Origin: Octopus vulgaris
Taxonomy: Eukaryota
Direction: 5' to 3'
Length of the DNA stretch: 64,000 bases
Assembly (NCBI GenBank): GCA_951406725.2
Contig: OX597820.1
Span: 36,952,001 to 37,016,000 of the forward strand
In this document: positions 12,043 through 24,564 of the stretch, one piece after another
How positions within the stretch are numbered: the first letter of the stretch is position 1
How the letters are laid out: the number at the start of each line of letters is the position of its first letter
Notes under the pieces: model-generated
Told to the model about the DNA's origin: nothing
What the model saw: the letters and a program-made list of their open reading frames with translations, nothing else
Databases searched by the model: none
Program-made: the position numbers and the translations under genes

Positions 12043-13206
12043 GGATCTTTTCGGTTTGAACGGCAGTTTTTAACATAATTTTTAGGTAACTAAAAAATTT
12101 TAAACTTCGTATACTGGTAGAATGTGTCAAAATAAAACATTTTTTTTCTCTTGGCTTTCTTGAGAAAATTGTAATTTGTTTGTTTAACGTAGTTTAGTTT
12201 TTCGAATTTTAACCAATGAATCGCCTCTAGTAAGCTAAAATCATTTGCTGCGTCTAAAACTGAGACAACATCCTGTCACTAACCCTAACCCTAAATTTTA
12301 GCCTTTCGTTTTTTTTTCTTAATTGTTACTCGTGTGTCTAAAATTATTCTTTTTGTTATTGTTTTGAGTTTTTGCTTTCGTTTTAGCCTTTCGTTATGTA
12401 TATGTACGGAAAGCGTGTGCATAAAATTATAGAATTATTTTGTTTGTTAATTGTTTAAATTATTTTCCATTGCTTTCGTTTTAGCCTTTCGTTCTTTTTT
12501 CTTAATTATCCTTAAATTAATTTAACAATTAAGAAAAAAAACCAAAGGCTAAAATTTAGGGTTAGAGTGAGGGTTAGGGTTAGTGACAGGATGTTGTCTC
12601 AGTTTTAGACGCAGCAAATGATTTTAGCTCAATTAGATGCAATTGATTGGTTAAAATTCGAAAAATTAAACTACGTTAAACAAACGAATTACAATTTTAT
12701 CAAGAAAGCCAAGAGAAAAAAATGTTTTATTTTGACACATTCTACCAGTATACGAAGTTTTAAAGTGTTTAGTTAACTAGAAATTGTGTTGACATGTGCC
12801 GTTCAAAAGGAAAAGATCCGAATGTTTATAAAACATCTTTTTCTCTTGGCTTTATTGAGAAAATTCTATAGTTTGTAAGATATTTTCTTCAACTTCATCT
12901 TAGTTAGGAGTGGGGGAAGGGTATCTTTTTTTCTTCACAAATGTAAATAAACCCAATCTGTTTCTTAAACGAGGGACACATTCATATGGCACAGAAGGTT
13001 GTTTATGTCAATGGACGTAATTAATTGGTTGAAATTGCCGAAATGCAAGAAATTAAAGACCAAATATCTTACAAACTATAGAATTTTCTCAATAAAGCCA
13101 AGAGAAAAAGATGTTTTATAAACACATTCTACAAGTATATGAAGATTAAAATTTTTTAGTTACCTAGAAATTATGTTAAAAACTGCCGTTCTAATCGAAA
13201 AGATCC
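12043..13206. mobile_element. Compound foldback MITE (TIR GGATCTTTTCGGTTTGAACGGCA) with internal telomere-like repeats
   Basis: Palindromic unit 12043-12819 with ~280-bp arms containing CCCTAA/TTAGGG, fused to a 5'-truncated unit 12820-13206; degenerate 8-bp TSD TTTAACTT/TTTAATTC. Confidence 0.85.
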
Positions 13207-13278
13207 TTTAATTCAATATATTTATGAATAAAAGAACTTTTTAGATGGTTAAAAGTTGACATTATCAAATTAATGATA

Positions 13279-13430
13279 GGTGCTGGCGTGGCTGTGTGGT
13301 AAGAAGCTTGCTTCCCAACCTCATGGATCTGGGTGGCACCTTGGGCAAAGTATTTTCTACTATAACCTCAGGCCAAACCAAACCTTGTGACTGGATTTCG
13401 TAGATGGAAACTGAAAGAAACCTGTTGTGT
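13279..13430 (+). mobile_element. tRNA-derived SINE 5' part
   Basis: GGCTGTGTGGTAAGAAGCTTGCTTCCCAAC...CACCTTGGGCAA, followed by (GT)n. Confidence 0.75.
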
Positions 13431-13581
13431 GTGTGTGTGTGTGTATGAATAAATGCTACAATCGGTCAAAACAACTTTATAATATTCCCATAATATCATA
13501 AATCTAACATAAATATATATATATATATATACGTAAACATTTACATATATATATATTTATCAGTACATATTTATATATATC

Positions 13582-13962
13582 CGGGCTTCTGTGCCGGTGG
13601 CACATAAAAAAGCACCATCCGAACGTGGCCGATGCCAGCGCCGCCTCGACTGGCTTCTGTGCCGGTGGCACATAAAAAGCACTATCCGAACGTGGCCGAT
13701 GCCAGCTCCGCCTTGGCTGGCTTCCGTGCCGGTGGCACGTTAAAAGAACCAACCGATCGTGGCCGATGTCAGACCCCCCTGGCACCTGTGCAGGTGGCAC
13801 GTAAAAAGCACCCACTACACTCGCGGAGTAGTTGGCGTTAGGAAGGGCATCCAGCTGTGGAAACACTGCCAGATCAGATTGGAGCCTGGTGCAGACCCCG
13901 GTCGAACCGTCCAACCCGTGCTAGCGCGGAAAACGGACGTTAAACGATGATGATGATGATGA
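13582..13962 (+). mobile_element. RTE 3'-UTR-derived element (OK-SINE-like) with ~64-bp internal tandem repeats
   Basis: GTGCCGGTGGCACATAAAAAGCAC units; tail CGGACGTTAAACGATGATGATG shared with the RTE end at 31790 and with 51130. Confidence 0.8.
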
Positions 13963-13992
13963 TATATATATATATATATAAGTATATACATA

Positions 13993-14855
13993 TGAGGAGG
14001 CACCCTAAAGGAACTGGAATTTTGCAATATTAATTTATTTAATACTTAGTTTTACATGTATACACTTTTATTGCAGTCAAAGTATTCTCCATTTGAAGCA
14101 ATGCATCAGTCCAGATGCATTTCCCACTGTTCAAAGCAGTACTGGAGCTTTTGCAAAGTGATGCCTTTTAATAACTCCATTACTTTTTTCTTCACCTCTT
14201 CCATATCTGCAAACTCCATAGCATCAGCTTTCATCACCAGTGATGACCTTCAGAAAAAGGTCTGGAACAACTTCCAACCGTTCTTTCAGTTTATGACATG
14301 CATTCAGTCATAACTGCTTTTGATCTTCTTGAGTAGGCGAAGCACAAATCTTGCCCCAACTCTTTTCATTCGCTATTTCTCACTCATAATTCATTGGCAG
14401 GAGCTCCAGGACACATCAGTCATATCAACAAGTTTGTCAATCATTCGGTGACAGTCCTCCAAGATCAGTTCATGAATTTTCATGATGTTTTCATTTGTTT
14501 GGGAGGTCAATAGTCACCATGAACAAGGTTGGTCTCCAAGTAACAAGTGACCTTTTCTAAAGTTTGAAAATCATTAGTAAACTTGTGTTTTGCTCATGGC
14601 AGTGTCCTTATAAGCTGTTTCAAGCATGATGACTGTTTCTGCTGCCAGTTTCCCCAGCAGAGAACAGAATTTCATGGAAGCACACTCTTCTTTTGTTTCA
14701 GCCATTGCAAAAACCAATGAACAGGTGAGAAGTACTGCAAAACAAAGACACAGCATGTAGCAGTACAACTTTACTTAATGCCGCCAGTTGGCAGACTGAT
14801 GCCTGAGGGTCTTGTCCCACAGGGAATTTTCTGGTTACTTTTGAGTACCTCCTCG
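13993..14855 (-). mobile_element. Internally deleted mariner (Tc1/mariner)
   Basis: TA|TGAGGAGG...CCTCCTCG|TA TIRs; ORF 14574..14768 KFCSLLGKLAAETVIMLETAY...MSKTQVY matches the mariner N-terminal HTH. Confidence 0.85.
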
Positions 14856-14867
14856 TATATATATGCA

Positions 14868-15200
14868 TAGTCTGTTTTCCATGCTGGCATGGGTTGGATG
14901 GTTTGACCGGAAACTGGCAAGTCATTAGGCTGCACCAGGCTCCACCTGATCTGGCAAGATTTCTACAGTTGGATGCCCTTCCTAATGCCAACCACTCCAA
15001 GAGTGTAGTGGGTGCTTTTTACGTACCACCGGCATGGGAACCAGTCAGGCGACACTGGCATTGGCTATGTTCGGACAGTGCTTTTTATGTGCAACTGACA
15101 CAGGGAGCCAGTCAGGCAGCACTGGCAACAAGCCATGCATGAATGGTACTTAATTGCATGCCACCAGCACAGAAGCCAGTCAGGCGGCACTGGCATCAGC
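14868..15200 (-). mobile_element. RTE 3'-tail/OK-like element
   Basis: Reverse complement of the 13582-13962 family. Confidence 0.75.
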
Positions 15201-15954
15201 CAAAACTACAATTTCCATTTTGATTTCGATTTGATTGAGATTCTGATTGATATATATATATTGTACCCATATGTATGTATATATGCATATAATTATATAT
15301 TATTTATATTATTATATGATCGAATGCCACACATCCTTTTCCAAGTAAGTTTTATTGTAATAATTACAATGTGTGCTCTTCTATCTTTACTATCTCTCTC
15401 CCTCTCTTGTTCTTCATCCTTTCTGGTTTTTCTCTCCTACCCTTCCCTATTCTTCTCCTCTCCTCTTCACCATTCCCTCTCTCTCACTCCTCCTCCTCAA
15501 CTCTCTCGTCACTGACACGTGACGAAAGAGAATCTATCTTTCTGTCCACAACCTTTGTAAAGACAAAATGTACGTATACTGTCTCCTTCATAAGCTCATA
15601 TTTCTAGCGATCATAATAATTTTTCTATCGTCTTGACTTAACAGCCCTCACCATTTGTTTTTACTGTTTTGTTCTTGTTACCACTTTCACCCTCCACAAA
15701 AAATCCCAAATTTTATTTAATTTGCTTTGCAGGAAGGACTGTTTCAATGAAGTTGCATCTTGTCCTTGCCTTTGAAACGCGGAGTAGATGAAACAGGGAT
15801 AACTGAAGGGGAATATTCTTTATGTTGTATTTCTCATTTCTCTGTTTGTTTCTTTCATTGTTAAAAAAAAAGTTTTCTGTTTTGTTTTTGTTTTCATTTC
15901 TCATTGTTTTCAACGTTTTTTTGATGTCCTGTACCCATATATGCATGTTTATAT

Positions 15955-15990
<36 letters not shown>

Positions 15991-16242
15991 GTGATAAGGG
16001 CAGTCCACTTGTGACTGAGGAACACCATCACTGACCACTGCCTATGCAAAATGCCAGCAATGCCTTTGCATGAGGTTATTGTACCGGCAGTTGGCTTCAC
16101 CCAAAATTGTATCTACAGCTTCCATGCTCACTGCAGTAGCTCCTATTTGACCAAGCATCAAACAGTTGCTTCATTGGTGATTGCACAACCTAAAAATTTA
16201 GGTCCAATAAGGCTTGCACAGAAACCTTATAGACATATATAT

Positions 16243-16640
16243 ACAAGGGGAAATCAAAAATTATCCGCACTTTCACAATAACATATATTTATTATTCATA
16301 TATTGCCTTCAGTGCATGAGTGCTTATAGTTGGTACTATTGTGGTCACGTGATTGAAGTTTGAGCCCCAGGAAGGGGCTAAATTACAGCAACATTCGTCC
16401 TAAACCAGAGCTGCCATGTTATGTTGGCAAATAATCTTTACTCCAAAGTACTGTTGATGAATGTCTCTCGTTTGTGAGATTTGCAAATAGTAATTTTCTG
16501 TTTATGAGTGGATTGAGAAGTTTAAAAGTTGCTGGACAAGCATGACACACGAAGAAGGAGCAGGACACCAATCAACCTCCACCACTGATGAGATTCAGCA
16601 AATTTGAGAGATGGTAATAGTGAACCAGTTCACCATTACC
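16243..16640 (+). mobile_element. mariner 5' fragment
   Basis: TA|CAAGGGGAAATCAAAAATTATCCG end; translation SVYEWIEKFKSCWTSMTHEEGAGHQSTSTTDE resembles mariner HTH2/GRP. Confidence 0.7.
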
Positions 16641-17029
16641 ATATCTTGGATCATTGCTCTTTGTTCTTCTTGGTGCACATTGCTAGTGGAGTGGCCATGC
16701 TTACACTGTAAAGCCAGAAAGAAAAATGGCATGATCATGCTCAAACATCGATCACAAGATCATAATAGTACCAACTAGAAGTATGCATGCACAGAAGGCA
16801 GTGTGACAATACTAAAGATATGTTACGGCAAAAGTGAGGATAATTTTTGATTTCCTCTCGTTTATAAATATACACATATAAATTTGACATGGGTGATTCT
16901 TTCTTGTCTTGGGATTCACGGTCAAACGGCTGGGTGGAATTGCGCAAAAAATTACAGATGTGTAGAATGATCCAGTGGTGATGCTGGGCTTTGTATTTTT
17001 TTTCATAGCTCTCATGGTTACCAAGATAA

Positions 17030-17463
17030 TCTACTATAATAATACTCCTGTATTTATGAATGAGAAAGGAAGGGGTGATAGATGAATAAGGAAGGAAGAG
17101 GTGATGTCATACTTGGTAGTGAGATGATGAAAATTGTATGCTGAAAAATAAATCAAACAGCGTTTCAACTCTGTGTGAATATATGTATGTAAAAGTGTGG
17201 GGGGATATGTGAGTGTGTATGTGTGTGTGTACGTGCATAATGGTTTGTCTTTGTTCGCTTAGTATTTGGGTTTCTTTTTTGATTTGGTTGAATCTTGGTT
17301 ATTTTTTTTGTTGGTTAGTTATTTTTAGAATGTTGACAGAAAAAAGTCATTCTAAAATTGTTTTTTAACATAAGCGTGCCCAAACAAGTCGAATGCTTAC
17401 ACAGAGCAGGTTTTACAACCACATCCTCCAAACTGACTGGGTGAAACCAGGCTTAGCTGCTAG
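17030..17463 (+). mobile_element. Non-autonomous Helitron
   Basis: A|TCTACTATAATAAT start; subterminal CTGGGTGAAACCAG hairpin and CTAG|T end; no TSD. Confidence 0.7.
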
Positions 17464-17973
17464 TATATCTATACAGTTATATACACATATATATATATAT
17501 ACATATGTATATGTGGTATATATGTTTCTTTGCGTATTTCCTTGTTTTTACATCATGCAATTGTTGTAAGCAAGTAACATCATTATACAAGCAGTGTCCT
17601 TAGTTTCCAATATTCTGTAAGAATTGCAAAGCCATGGGAAATATTGCCCTGTTTGAGGGTTGTTAACATGAAAGGCATCCAGTCTTCCAAAATCTGCCTC
17701 AAGGAATTTCATCTGACCCATGCAAAGATGGAAAAGTGAATGTTAAAAAGACAAATAGACAGACATATAGATTGGAGTTCAAAGTAATAGTTTAATAGGT
17801 CTTTGTGAATCCGTTCAGAGGACTCCATTATAAAATAATTTTGTCTATGTATTAAGTGTTGCCTTCTTTACACTAGAAACTGGAGATTCTAGCCTCCTAC
17901 TCTATTAACAAGTTTGATATTAGTTTATCAATTTATTTCTCAGCGAACACAGAACATAAACTTTAGTGTTAAA

Positions 17974-19169
17974 TTTGTATATATATAAGGCAAGATGTGT
18001 GTGTGTGTACGTGATTGTAGTTTATGCACATCCACAAATTAGCTCGCATGTTGTTCAAATTTTAGGACATTCTATCAACATCCTCTCTGGGTTTTGTCAA
18101 ATTATTTTTTTCCCCAAGGCACCTGTGGATAGCGGTAAAAATCTTTTTTCAGCCATAGCTTTTAGCCATAAAAAATATCAGCCATAGCTTTTTGACGGCG
18201 TCTAACAAAAAAAAACAAGATAAAGAAAAGTGGAAGAGAAGCAGAGTTTCACAGCATCTAAAGAAAAAAAAACGAAAGACAAAGTGAGAGAGAGAGAGAA
18301 AATGACAACGTTCATAAAAAATATCAGCCATAGCTTTTTGACAGCGTCTAACAAAAAAACAAGATAAAGAAAGGTGGAAGAGAAACAGTTTCACAGCGTC
18401 TAAACAAAAAAAAGAGAAAGACAAAGTGAGAGAGAGAAAGTGACGACGTTTATAAAAATTAAAATGTAAAATGTTTTGTTTTTTCTTAAACACGAGATAT
18501 AGTGTTCAAATTCAGGATGTTTTTGAAAGACACTATATTTTATAATCATAGTATATATACTTTCTCACACAACAATTACAATATATTTATTTTAAATTGT
18601 TCATCTTTCTCCCCGCCCTCTCTCACACACATTACTTTGGGTGCGAAAGAGTTTTGTTTTTATTTTACGCCGAGTAAAAAAGTTTTTTGTTGACAATCCA
18701 TTTATTTAACAACAAAGAAACAAGGTGGTAGCTAACAATTTGTCAGTGAATTACACAATATAAATGGGTACAATTTGCGAGGCTTCCACCACACCCCACT
18801 CCATTTCACGGACCACAAAAAAAGGGTTTTGTAGCATATTAGGAGGCCAGAGTATTTGATGCCATGCAAAAAAACCGAATTTTTTTCTTAGTGAAAATCT
18901 ACAAATTTACCAACATTTTTTTCAATTCATTTCTATTTATGAACATGTATGCATGCACAAAACATGCAATAGTTGTACGTATGTGTGTTCGTGTCTGTTG
19001 CCCATATATATTTATATTATATTATATTATATATATATATAATATAACTAATTTCAATGGATTTCACCCAAATTTGACGTCGATATTACTTAGTTTGGTT
19101 TGAAATAAAGAACTTGATTAGCTTAATAACCGTAACTTAATCCCAGGCAAGGTCGGGTTATACTGCTAG
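17974..19169 (+). mobile_element. Non-autonomous Helitron with internal ~145-bp tandem repeat (18170-18455)
   Basis: Ends CCCAGGCAAGGTCGGG...CTAG|T; inserted at A|T without TSD; the empty site is visible in the paralogous G1 flank (~7499). Confidence 0.8.
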
Positions 19170-19779
19170 TACAGTATAAAAAACATACTGTAGAACAAAG
19201 CATGTAAAATAACATTATCTGAATAAACTCATTACAATACTCGTTCAAAGGATTACAAAATAAAGAAGGAAGACTAGTCAGTATGAACTTTAGAAGTGAG
19301 CTGTGTTTATTTTATTGTTTATTAGAGTTGAAATCCTTCAAATTTTCTAAGTTCAAGGTAAACCAAAGTTCTACAACCCAAATTACCAAATGCCTGGTTA
19401 AACATTTCAGTCAGGTTGAAGAACATAGTAAACTGTTTGCAGTGCCATCTTTGCTTGTGTAGAAGAGTATACAGAGATAACGCTGCCTTTGGTTCATCAG
19501 TATATCTATTCACAGATAATTAGTCTTGATATGGTCTCGTATATACAATGTGCACAATCAATGCAAGATGACTTCAATTTATCAATAGTTTAATATGTAA
19601 TCTAGTATATATTTTAGACCTAATAAGTCAATCATGTTAGCTGCAATTTTGAAATTTTGAAGAAAATAATAGGCACATTTGTCTACATCAAATGAAACAA
19701 AAGAGATAAAGAGATTATAATGAAGTAAAGAGATACTGGTAGTATTTCTGACGACTGTAGTAGTTTTACAGCTTATTTC

Positions 19780-19945
19780 CAGTGTTTGTGACCAGCCAAA
19801 TATTTTTTATCAGGCAAGGTTTAAAACAGATTATATCTCAATGCTATGGTTACCTCAAAATGTGAGGATGTGTATGATGAAATGAAATTCGACCCTGACA
19901 GAATGCTTCACCACAAATTTCACAGTGATAAATTCTCTTCTGAAT
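19780..19945 (-). pseudogene. Decayed zinc-finger units downstream of G2
   Basis: Minus strand reads KRIYHCEICGEAF...HH.HPH followed by stop codons. Confidence 0.6.
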
Positions 19946-20384
19946 CACAATGATTAATATAGCTTCATATTTATCATCAGTTTATATAGAGTCAAATCTC
20001 ACTCTGGATATGAAAACGGTTTGTTACAGGTAGTTTTTCCTTTAGAAGGAAAATCAAATTCAACAATGCAAGTAAAGAGATTATTCATCACTTGAACATT
20101 GCTGCTGCATGCAGAGACAAGTTGTTCCTAAACTGCAGTACATATTACAGCATGATACACTGGGTTGAGAAGAATATAAACTGTTGACATCACAATCAGT
20201 TATTCCTACACAGCAGAACCTATTTCAGCTAGGTGTATTTAGTTGAGAAGAGAATACAAGCTGACATTGCCACTTGGTATGTGCTATGCTCTTCATTCAG
20301 CAATTCATACTTTACTCAGAGCTACAACTTCCGAGAAATTTGAATGTATTTGTTTGTGATTTGAAATTTCATTTCAGTTTATGG

Positions 20385-21236
20385 TTACTCATTCATGTGA
20401 ACACGCTTGTGGGAAGTTAAACTACCACTCTGAGTAAAAGTCTTATCACAAATATCACAATGGAAGGGTTTTTCACCAGTATGAACACGTATGTGATTAG
20501 TTAAGCTACAACTATGAGCAAAATCTTTACCACAGATATCACAGTGGTAAGGTTTTTCACCAGTATGAATACGTTTATGATCAAGCATACTACATTTGTG
20601 TAAAAATGCTCTACCACAGATATCACAATGGTAGGGTTTCTCACCACTATGAATACGCTTATGCTTATGCATAGTGCCTTTGCAGGAGAATGTTTTACCA
20701 CAGATATCACAACAGTATGGTCTTTCACCAGTATGCATACGTTCATGTATAAGCATACCATCTTTCTGTGAGAATGATTTACCACAGAACTCACAGTGGT
20801 ATGGTTTCTCATCTGTGTGAACACGTTTGTGAAGATTTAGCTGATAACTTATTGAAAATGCTTTACCACAGATATCACAGTGGAGTCGTTTCTCACCTGT
20901 GTGAACACTTTTATGGCTAATTAACTGTCCTCTCTCAGAGAATGCTTCACCACAGATATCACAGTGGTATGGTTTCTCACCTGTATGAATACGTTTGTGT
21001 ACAGACAAAAAGCCTTTAACCATAAACTTTTTACCACAAATATCACATCGATAACGCAGTGAACTTGTGTTAATAAATTTCTGCTCATTGATATTACTAT
21101 TATGTGTAAATGTTTTAGAAGACTTATCGGGTAGTTTTAATTTCTTTCCCATATTTGTCAGTCTTTTATGAGATACACGAGTATTCTTGGAGGGTTTTTC
21201 ACCCTCAACCTCACTCCCACACAGTTTATCTTCCAT
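20385..21236 (-). CDS. G2: C2H2 zinc-finger protein, 8 fingers, 283 aa; close paralog of G1
   Basis: TGEKP-linked C2H2 array; ATG (MEDKLC) at 21236; acceptor TTTCAG at 21518/21517. Confidence 0.93.
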   Translation of the reverse strand: MEDKLCGSEVEGEKPSKNTRVSHKRLTNMGKKLKLPDKSSKTFTHNSNINEQKFINTSSLRYRCDICGKKFMVKGFLSVHKRIHTGEKPYHCDICGEAFSERGQLISHKSVHTGEKRLHCDICGKAFSISYQLNLHKRVHTDEKPYHCEFCGKSFSQKDGMLIHERMHTGERPYCCDICGKTFSCKGTMHKHKRIHSGEKPYHCDICGRAFLHKCSMLDHKRIHTGEKPYHCDICGKDFAHSCSLTNHIRVHTGEKPFHCDICDKTFTQSGSLTSHKRVHMNE

Positions 21237-21689
21237 GATTTCTTCTTGCTGCAATATTTCAAAAATGAAGCAGATATTAGACACTACAGAAAAACAGTTG
21301 TAGTATAATGTCAAATCTTCTCTAATATGACTGCCATGACCCAGCCAGTATATTTCCAATCAACATAACAATTGTTAATTAAATCAAATCTTTTAGAGTA
21401 ATCCAATCACAATTAGATAAACAATGTCACAAGCTTTCTTGAGGATTATGTCATTCTGTAGTCTTCAAAATTTTGTATGTATGTAAATATATTTTCTCTC
21501 AATGTCACCAGAAAATCTGAAATTAAAAAAAAACAACATAATAGGTAAGCAATATGAACTGCCAAGACAGAACTTACTAACGAGAAAATATTTATTGGTA
21601 GACATTAAAAATTAGTCCATTACCCACAAGAATGTTAGTGCTGTATCTCTAATTTAAAACTGAACTATATTTTGATAAGCTTCAGCCTA

Positions 21690-21935
21690 CTCAAATATTG
21701 TTACTCCTTTTGATATCAGCGTACTCACAATCTTCTTTTGTATGCCTTTGATCTTCAAAAAGAACACTCTCTTTATTATAGTTTGATTTCCTACACAAAA
21801 ACACTTCGGCAACCTAGAACACAAAGGGAGATGTATCCCAAGACCATTATTCATTAGGCAAACCCAATTAAACTTCTTTATACAATGTTCCTTTCTAAAG
21901 TTAAACCAATCTACCACACGCTCCTGTGTTAGCAC
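21690..21935 (-). mobile_element. Possible Merlin/ISXO2-type transposase relic
   Basis: VVDWFNFRKEHC resembles the recalled TVVDWFNFCREVC motif; the rest is poorly conserved. Confidence 0.3.
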
Positions 21936-23409
21936 TTATTTATCCTGTGCCTCATGATTTACAGCACCTTCATAGGAAAGAGCTCTGAGTTGGCTGATTT
22001 AGTTGGGATATAAAATGATAAGGTCTTACATTTAAGGGGAGAACTTTGTCTAGCAACCTGTATGGTGTAGTGATTGTATTGCTTGGTCTCTTCCTTGACC
22101 CTCTCAATTTAGTTATATTTTAGGATGTGAAGTTTCTGGTTTTGTACCCAGCTTTGAAAGGAGTTTAATTCTTTTAATACCTTCCAGTCTAAGAACACTT
22201 CTGTTCTGTTACAATCTTCCTATTTTTAAAGTGAGTTTAATTAAAGCCTTCCATTTAAATATCATGTTAATCTAGGTTTCAGATACCAGCTTCATATTGA
22301 CGATGTTATTTTTCAAAATTCTTCAGTGCTTGATAATAGGAAGGGCATCCAGTAATGGAAAGCAAGCCAAAATGGCATGTATGAGCAGTAACTTCAAATA
22401 GAAAATAATTCAAACCCTTCTGGCAGAGAAAGTGGATAATGATCTACAGGTTCATAAATATAATCCCAATACAAACTGATATAGTAACTTATTTACACAA
22501 AAGAAAAAGTTCGGCATCCAAACAAGTTTGATTAAGAAAAAAAGAACATAAAAAATGGAAAAGAGAAAAAAATTCTTCTGTCTTCCACAGACTAATATGT
22601 AGTGCCCACCAAACTAAAACTATAAATATTAATAATTAGAATAACATTTAAATTCCATTTTAGTATTTTGGCAGTGACAAGGGCATTTATATATATAGTG
22701 TTTGGAGGGACATATTATCTGGTCGAATACCATGTTATGTTCCAGGTTATGGCTATCCACATTGATGATGAACAAATCTCCATATTCTATATCATCATAA
22801 TTATTGTTTAATGATGATAATGATGTATAGCAATCATTTAGTGTGTAATTATGCAAGGGAGTCAATGGTTAAAAGACAGCATTTGGATATTTGAGAATCA
22901 GTGAAATAAAGGATTCCTCATTGCTGAAAAGATTTATAGTTATTTTGCCCTACATAGCCTAGAATGAACTGATCTATAAAATATGTTGCAGATGTTTGCT
23001 TGTACATAAAAAAATGACATTGTACAATGTGTTTCCTGTTTTGCAGGGAAGCTATGTCATGTAATCTGATGGACACACACACGTAGATGGAAGTATAAAT
23101 TATGTACAACCACACGTATGGTGTGTATGTGTACACAGGTAGTTTAATAGAAGAGAAAGATGATTCTGGTAAATTAAGTTTAACATTTCTTCCTTCTTAT
23201 TCTTAGTTTCGTGAACCATTTTATCACTTTCTGTCACATAAATCCTCAGAGAGCTACGCTGTCCTCAACCCTGACAACAGAAAAAGAAACAAAGCGACGT
23301 AACAGCCAATAGTTAGGTAAAACGTATTTTCCCTAAACATGTTTCAAGACATCTGGCCAACAGATGTGCATAAGATGTATTTAATATAGGTAGGTATAAC
23401 AATACTCAC

Positions 23410-23711
23410 ATGACAATGTAACCCCAATTTAAAATGTATGTGTAGTAAAGCAGTCAAGTGGTACTAAAATTCAATAAAGACATTGATTTATTAAAAACTT
23501 CTAATGCTCACGATAAACCATGACTTCCTTCAAATAAAAAAAAGCTTCAAAGTGCCAGTGTGTAATATAATTAATGGTATTTTTATAGTCCAATTTCCCT
23601 TTTATACCGTTTGAAGACTGCCAAACCCTATATTGGTGTTGTAAACAATAACATCAGTGGAGAAAAGAGTCTATTATGATAGCCTTAAACAATATCAAGG
23701 GAGTTAACTCT
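23410..23711 (-). promoter_or_regulatory. G2 putative promoter motif plus non-coding exon 1
   Basis: AGAGTTAACTCCCTTG at 23711-23696; donor AT|GTGAGT at 23409. Confidence 0.6.
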
Positions 23712-24146
23712 ACCATCATTAATAACTCAGTAAATTTCTAAACCTTTTCTATGAACAGTTGCTAGTATTAAGCTAGAAACATATTAAATGCTACGAAGAT
23801 ATTTGTAGCAAAGTATAAAGGCTTCAGTCAATATGAAGTGAAATAACTTAACTTCGCATCCTAATTCAAGAAGGAAAACAATAAGTCCCTCAGCCACATT
23901 AGTATAAACGGAACTAGAACTCTTTTATACAAAATGTATAAAATATCCACCAATATAATTAATTATCTCTCTCTCTCTCTCTCTTTCTGAAATTTTACTA
24001 TTAATTAAAGGAAGTAAATGATTAAAAGGTGAGGAAAGAGCTGAATGATAATGTAATGAATGTCAAGTCATAATTAAGTTGATAGAGTTGTCGCGAGGGA
24101 TGACTGATCTTTCATCATCTGAGGTGATGACTGGCTTAGTTGATGA

Positions 24147-24556
24147 GGATCTTTTCGGTTTGAACGGCAGTTTTTTCTAGTGGTGTCATATGAAATTGTC
24201 ACCCATAATTATGACCCTAGTATCGATCTATTGCATTTCAATCTGTTTTAGGGTTAGGGTGGGGGGAGGGTATCTTTTTTCTTCACAAATGTAAATAAAC
24301 CCAATCTGTTTCTTAAACGAGGGACATATTCATACGGCACAATGTTTTTCTTTTACCTCAATAGACGTCAGTGATTGGTTGAATTTGCAGAAATTGAAGA
24401 AAAAACAACAACAAATATCTTACAAGCTATAGAATTTTCTCAATAAAGCCAAGAGAATAAGATGTTTTATAAACACATTCTACCAGTATACGAAGTTTAA
24501 AATTTTTTAGTTACCCAGAAATTATGTTAAAAACTGCCATTCAAACCGAAAGATCC
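24147..24556. mobile_element. GGATC-TIR MITE with 8-bp TSD
   Basis: TIRs GGATCTTTTCGGTTTGAACGGCAG / CTGCCATTCAAACCGAAAGATCC; TSD GTTGATGA/GTGGATGA; internal TTAGGGTTAGGG. Confidence 0.9.
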
Positions 24557-24564
24557 GTGGATGA

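Noticed and set aside
13504-15515. GC-rich ORFs of 60-136 aa
   Set aside because: Fall within RTE-tail/SINE repeats and low-complexity sequence
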